From contig JBHLKM010000009.1 of the NCBI GenBank assembly GCA_048886685.1, forward strand, positions 107,229-171,228: a DNA stretch of 64,000 nucleotides, written 5' to 3'. Below, in pieces: positions 58,896-64,000 of the stretch. Made by a program: the position numbers and the translations under genes. Positions within the stretch are counted from its first letter, which is position 1, and every line of letters starts with the position of its first letter. Under the pieces are notes generated by a model. The model ran no database searches and was not told where the DNA came from. It saw only the letters and a list, made by a program, of their open reading frames with translations. Origin of the DNA: Candidatus Hodarchaeota archaeon. GTDB lineage: Archaea > Asgardarchaeota > Lokiarchaeia > Sigyniarchaeales > SOKP01.

Positions 58896-59189
58896 CCACC
58901 AAATGGTACAATTGAGGTTAAATCTGAAGATAGAGATGATTTCATGGTAATTTCAATAAAGGAGAATGGAATTGGCTTCATAGAAGAAGAGAAATCCAGA
59001 ATATTTAAACAATTCGGTAAAATAGAGAGATATGGACAAGGTCTAGATATTATTGCTGAAGGGTCGGGTTTTGGGTTGTTCATTTCTAAAAAAATTATTG
59101 AATTACATGGTGGAGATATATGGGTAGAATCAGAAGGGAGAAACAAGGCTTCAACTTTTTATTTTTCACTTCCAATAATTCAAAATTAG
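58887..59189 (+). pseudogene. 3' remnant of a histidine kinase (HATPase_c C-terminal half)
   Basis: Frame reads KYTPPNGTIEVKS...ENGIG...GSGFGL...EGRNKAST; no upstream domains; G-box residues degenerate. Confidence 0.75.
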
Positions 59190-59344
59190 TTTAAATTAAT
59201 GATTTTCCGAAAAAAGTAAAAATTTTTTTAGATTTTTTAGTTTTTTTTCAAAATGTCTTAAAAAAGTCAAAGTTTATTACCTTTGGGTACTTTTTTTTAA
59301 TTAATACTTTTATACAATAAAGTATTCTTTTCAAAAAGTTAAAA

Positions 59345-59611
59345 TTGGTTTTAAAATTGGTAAAAGGAACAGTAAAATGGTTTAATAGCCGAAAAGGCTA
59401 TGGATTTATAAACTCTGAAGAGGGTGGAGATGTTTTTGTTCATTACACCGCTTTAGCTGGTAGAGATGACGAATATAAAACCTTAAACGAAAATGATAAG
59501 GTACAATTTGAAGTTGTGGAAGGTCAGAAAGGACCGCAAGCTAGCAATGTAGTAGTGACTGAAAAAGCTCCTCCTAGTCCATATGGTAGAAACAGAAACT
59601 TTCGATTTTAA
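59345..59611 (+). CDS. cold-shock domain protein
   Basis: [14 protein letters not shown] (RNP1), DVFVHY (RNP2), KGPQA.NV. Confidence 0.93.
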   Translation: MVLKLVKGTVKWFNSRKGYGFINSEEGGDVFVHYTALAGRDDEYKTLNENDKVQFEVVEGQKGPQASNVVVTEKAPPSPYGRNRNFRF

Positions 59612-59802
59612 GTTATAAAGCTTTATAAATCAACAAAAAAGAAAATATAATATAAGAACTATATAATAATTAGTAAAAATTAGTTTTTGCGATTATTATC
59701 GAATCTTATCTTTTTTTTATTTATTTTAAGGTATAAAAATCTTATATATAGATATAATTTTTTAATTTAATCATGTAATTAAAGAATAATTAAGTGATGT
59801 AA

Positions 59803-60426
59803 GTGGATTTGGATAAAATTTATAGGGAGACACCACTAAGTAAGATTCCTTGGAATTATGAAACTCCTCCTGAATCTTTAGTAGATCTAATTAATAGAGG
59901 GCAAATAAAACCTTGTAAAACTATTGATTTTGGCTGTGGTATTGGTATTTACGCTATATATCTTGCCGTTAAGGGATTTGATGTTACAGGAATTGATATT
60001 TCTCCTTCAGCCATATCGATTGCTAAAAAAAGAGCAAATGAAAAAGGGATTAAGTGTAATTTTCTTGTTGCAGATATTGTGGGTAAATTAGAAGATTTGA
60101 AAGATAAATTTGATTTTGCATATGATTGGGAATTATTACATCATATTTTTCCTGAAAATAGGAAACAATATGTTGAAAATGTATATAAGCTATTGAATCC
60201 AAAAGCGAGATACCTTTCGGTTTGTTTCAGCGAAAAAGATCCTTGTTTTGGCGGTCAAGAGAAATATAGAGAAACACCATTAGGTACAGTTTTGTACTTT
60301 TCTTCAAAAGAGGAATTAGAAGACCTTTTTAAACCACGTTTTAGGATAATCGAGTTAAAAACGATAGAAATAAGAGGAAAACCAGTACCTCATATTGCTA
60401 ACTATGCGTTTATGGAGCGCATATGA
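59803..60426 (+). CDS. class I SAM-dependent methyltransferase (TPMT-like)
   Basis: IPW, DFGCG.G, GIDIS..AI. Confidence 0.85.
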   Translation: MDLDKIYRETPLSKIPWNYETPPESLVDLINRGQIKPCKTIDFGCGIGIYAIYLAVKGFDVTGIDISPSAISIAKKRANEKGIKCNFLVADIVGKLEDLKDKFDFAYDWELLHHIFPENRKQYVENVYKLLNPKARYLSVCFSEKDPCFGGQEKYRETPLGTVLYFSSKEELEDLFKPRFRIIELKTIEIRGKPVPHIANYAFMERI

Positions 60427-60446
60427 GAAGTAATAAACAATATAGA

Positions 60447-61064
60447 TTAGGTATTTTTTAATTCCTTCTGTTTTTTCACATTTTCTTTCAAAAGAATTAT
60501 AGACTCCTCTCTTGCTTTTAATAAACTTCTTTCTTTCACTCCTACCATTTCTGTTGATTGTAGAACTTGTTCTTTTAATACCTTTTTATAGAGTAAGTAC
60601 TCATCTTTTCTACTGATAAATGGATGGACTTTTTCTTCATGTATAAAACTCTCGATAGTTGTATTTTTTCCATTGCAATTACCTTCTGTGAGATCAAAGC
60701 GAAAATCTTTATACACTAAGAAGCAATGAGCCATAGGAACATAAGGAATATTATATTTTTTCAATATTTCATTTGCACCCGTAGAGATTTCTTCCGTGAA
60801 TTTATATATCCCTACATGCTTATAGAGTGGTATATTAAGCTCTTCTGCAAGACCGCCTATTACCGCATGTTTAGTCGTGCAGGTTCCCATTTGCTCTATG
60901 AAAAGGATCATTTTTTCTTTGTAAGTTGTATTATAGCCATATTCCATATTGTGTACGTATTTACAAGCTCCCTTAAACGATGTTATTCCGAGTTCCAAAA
61001 AATATTTTGATATTTCTCCATTGGGTTTAATTTCAGTATCTGGTAAATTATCATATGAATCCAT
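60447..61064 (-). CDS. hypothetical protein with a transglutaminase-like Cys-His-Asp triad
   Basis: GTCTTKH ... AHCFL ... FDLT. Confidence 0.55.
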   Translation of the reverse strand: MDSYDNLPDTEIKPNGEISKYFLELGITSFKGACKYVHNMEYGYNTTYKEKMILFIEQMGTCTTKHAVIGGLAEELNIPLYKHVGIYKFTEEISTGANEILKKYNIPYVPMAHCFLVYKDFRFDLTEGNCNGKNTTIESFIHEEKVHPFISRKDEYLLYKKVLKEQVLQSTEMVGVKERSLLKAREESIILLKENVKKQKELKNT

Positions 61065-61232
61065 ATTATTGATTTAAGTTGTTGATATTTAAACTGTTTT
61101 TCTATAGACTATAGAGATTTCGCTAAGTATCATTCAATTTTATAATTAAAAAGTTAGAAAAAGATGTTTTTTCATTGATTTCCATTTAGAAACTCAACAA
61201 AATTTAAAATATAATTTAATTTAGAGGAAGAT

Positions 61233-62066
61233 ATGAATTTTGAAAATTTATTATATGAAGAGAAGGATGAGACTGCGTTTATAACGCTCAATCGTCCAGA
61301 AGTTAACAATGCTTTGAACATGAAGCTCTCTGATGAGATAGTTTCCGCAATAGAAATCATTAGGCAATCTAAAAAACTTAAATTTTTGGTTATTAAAGGC
61401 GCGGGGAATAATTTCTGCGTTGGTGACGACATTAGTGAAATGCCGAGATGGGGTGATGCTAATGGTATAACCCGTCGTGTAAGATATTATCAAAATATGG
61501 CGAATCAACTTGAAGAATTAGATAAAATTACAATTGCTGCTGTAGATGGATATGCCGTTGGTGGTGGATTAGAAATAACTATGGCTTGTGATTTTGTTAT
61601 TGCTACTGAACGCTCAAGGTGGGGTATGCCTGAAGTAGATGTTGGAATAACACCTGGATGGGGAGGTACAACGCGATTGGCTAGGCTCATAGGTCGAAGG
61701 AGAGCTAAAGAAATAAATTTTCTTGGCGCGCTTCATACAGGTAAAAAAGCCGTTGAATGGAATCTGTGGAATAGATTAGTTCCTGATGACCAACTCGATA
61801 ATGAAGTTGAAAAGCTATTGAAAGTACTTAAATCTAAAAACCAACAAGGTTTGCGTCAATTGAAATTTATAATCAATCGAGGAGTAGAATGTGACTTATA
61901 TACTGCTCAGGGCTTTGAAGTGCTATCAGCTGGTTTAACTGGAGCTGTTAGTGGATTTTGGAAAATAAAAGATGCTGATCAAGGGAAGGGTATTATTGGT
62001 TTTAATCGAAAGGATGGATTATGGCAAACCAGAAGAGGATTAGCAAAAGATTTCTGGGTTGATTAA
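61233..62066 (+). CDS. enoyl-CoA hydratase/isomerase (crotonase family)
   Basis: LNRP...NAL, FCVG.D, GYAVGGGLE, PEV..G..PGWGG. Confidence 0.9.
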   Translation: MNFENLLYEEKDETAFITLNRPEVNNALNMKLSDEIVSAIEIIRQSKKLKFLVIKGAGNNFCVGDDISEMPRWGDANGITRRVRYYQNMANQLEELDKITIAAVDGYAVGGGLEITMACDFVIATERSRWGMPEVDVGITPGWGGTTRLARLIGRRRAKEINFLGALHTGKKAVEWNLWNRLVPDDQLDNEVEKLLKVLKSKNQQGLRQLKFIINRGVECDLYTAQGFEVLSAGLTGAVSGFWKIKDADQGKGIIGFNRKDGLWQTRRGLAKDFWVD

Positions 62067-62090
62067 GCTGAAAAAAGAATAGCTTCTAAA

Positions 62091-62474
62091 TTAAGTTCCA
62101 TCTAATTTTTTAGGTTTAATTAAGGAAATATGAACAGAAACTGCTATTGCAATGATTACTAATACAATTTGTACCCAAAATAATTTCATTAGAAACAAAA
62201 TTGAAATAATAATCGTTATCCATAAAAGTGATATTGTAATTAATTTTATTTTTAATGGGAGTCCTTTACCTTCTTGATAGTTCTTAATATATGCTCCAAG
62301 TATTTTATTATTCAATAACCATCTATGAAATCTTTCCGACGATTTAGCAAAAGCTGCGGATGCGAGTAGCAAAAAAGGTGTTGTAGGGAGAATTGGTAGA
62401 GCAATACCAATTATCCCTAAAATAAGTGATATAAAACCTCCAAGAAATATCAAATGGTTTTTAATCTTACTCAT
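62091..62474 (-). CDS. YbaN/DUF454 membrane protein
   Basis: G..LP.LPTTPF.LLA...F..SS.RF..WL. Confidence 0.85.
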   Translation of the reverse strand: MSKIKNHLIFLGGFISLILGIIGIALPILPTTPFLLLASAAFAKSSERFHRWLLNNKILGAYIKNYQEGKGLPLKIKLITISLLWITIIISILFLMKLFWVQIVLVIIAIAVSVHISLIKPKKLDGT

Positions 62475-62509
62475 CTTTAGATTTCCACTTAAAATCTTTA
62501 GATTATGTT

Positions 62510-62923
62510 TTATTTACATTTATCACATTCATAATATAAATCAATACGTTGTCCCATAGGCTTAACTCCAATATCATATATGATAACATTCCATAATTGT
62601 TTAACAGTATCGGCTTTATAATCATAAATTTGTCCACATTTTGAACAAACCATATTTATGTGTAGCTCCATATCAGGATCGTATCTAACACGATCTTCAT
62701 TAAATCTTAATTTTTGTAGTAGACCAAGCTTTTCTAATAAATCCAGTATTTTATAAACAGTTCCTAAACTTATTGTAGGATAATCATTCTTTAATGCTTG
62801 GTAAATCTGATCTGCAGATGGATGATCTTCTCTTGTTGATATGAATTTATAGATTGCTATACGCTGAGTAGTAACTTTATATCCATTTTTTCGAAAGAGA
62901 GCAAATAATTCGTGATCATCCAT
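62510..62923 (-). CDS. Fur/PerR-family transcriptional regulator
   Basis: T.QR, HPSA..IY, IS.GTVY, H...C..CG, C..C; adjacent to catalase-peroxidase. Confidence 0.88.
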   Translation of the reverse strand: MDDHELFALFRKNGYKVTTQRIAIYKFISTREDHPSADQIYQALKNDYPTISLGTVYKILDLLEKLGLLQKLRFNEDRVRYDPDMELHINMVCSKCGQIYDYKADTVKQLWNVIIYDIGVKPMGQRIDLYYECDKCK

Positions 62924-63030
62924 TAATAATCTATGTTATTTTTAATTTTGTAAAGAATAAATTTAGCAATTTTGGCTATAAAAAGTTAATCAATATTAAT
63001 ATACCTTACTACATAATAATTACTCCTTGT

Positions 63031-63045
63031 TGAGAATGATTATTA
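63031..63045. promoter_or_regulatory. possible Fur/Per box (7-1-7) upstream of the Fur/PerR gene
   Basis: TGAGAAT-G-ATTATTA, an imperfect match to TGATAAT-n-ATTATCA. Confidence 0.35.
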
Positions 63046-63142
63046 GTATTCAATTAGATTCTATAAAACCTTAAGGAAGAATGAATAAAATGGTGTAAAA
63101 AAAAAAGTAGAAAATTTAACCACCTCAGGGAATATTAAGCTA

Positions 63143-64000
<858 letters not shown>

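Noticed and set aside
58721-59146. 141-aa minus-strand ORF as an intact VOC protein
   Set aside because: Its N-terminal ~83 aa are the exact antisense of a HATPase_c fragment; only the C-terminal part is VOC-like.

Overview
AT-rich archaeal DNA, most likely from an Asgard archaeon of the Lokiarchaeia type. The assignment is inferred from an archaeal/eukaryote-type LeuRS, four Rab/Ras-like small GTPase domains (one fused to a Roadblock-like domain), TfrAB, DUF35/thiolase genes and multi-PAS kinases; no taxonomic search was run. Headline finding (20.6-36.8 kb): a self-contained fatty-acid/polyketide biosynthesis cluster. Its 3523-aa type I megasynthase has the order ER*-ER(FMN TIM barrel)-KS-MAT-KS-ACP-ACP-ACP-KR-DH-PPTase. 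It sits with a complete biotin-dependent acyl-CoA carboxylase, a biotin ligase and a translationally coupled alpha/beta hydrolase (candidate thioesterase). All three ACPs carry Thr instead of the canonical phosphopantetheine Ser. Second candidate system (9.5-20.5 kb): two paralogous tandem-wHTH/TPR regulators, each divergent from unannotated micro-ORFs. They share a recurring AACTY-N6-RAGTY palindrome and are flanked by Rab-like GTPases and an oligoendopeptidase F, reminiscent of peptide-sensing regulation. The remainder is central and acyl-CoA metabolism (Tfr, fumarase, MCM, KorDABC, EtfAB/Acd/thiolase), signalling (one intact kinase, two kinase remnants) and a GC-rich katG next to a Fur/PerR-family regulator. 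No rRNA, tRNA, CRISPR array or IS element was recognised.
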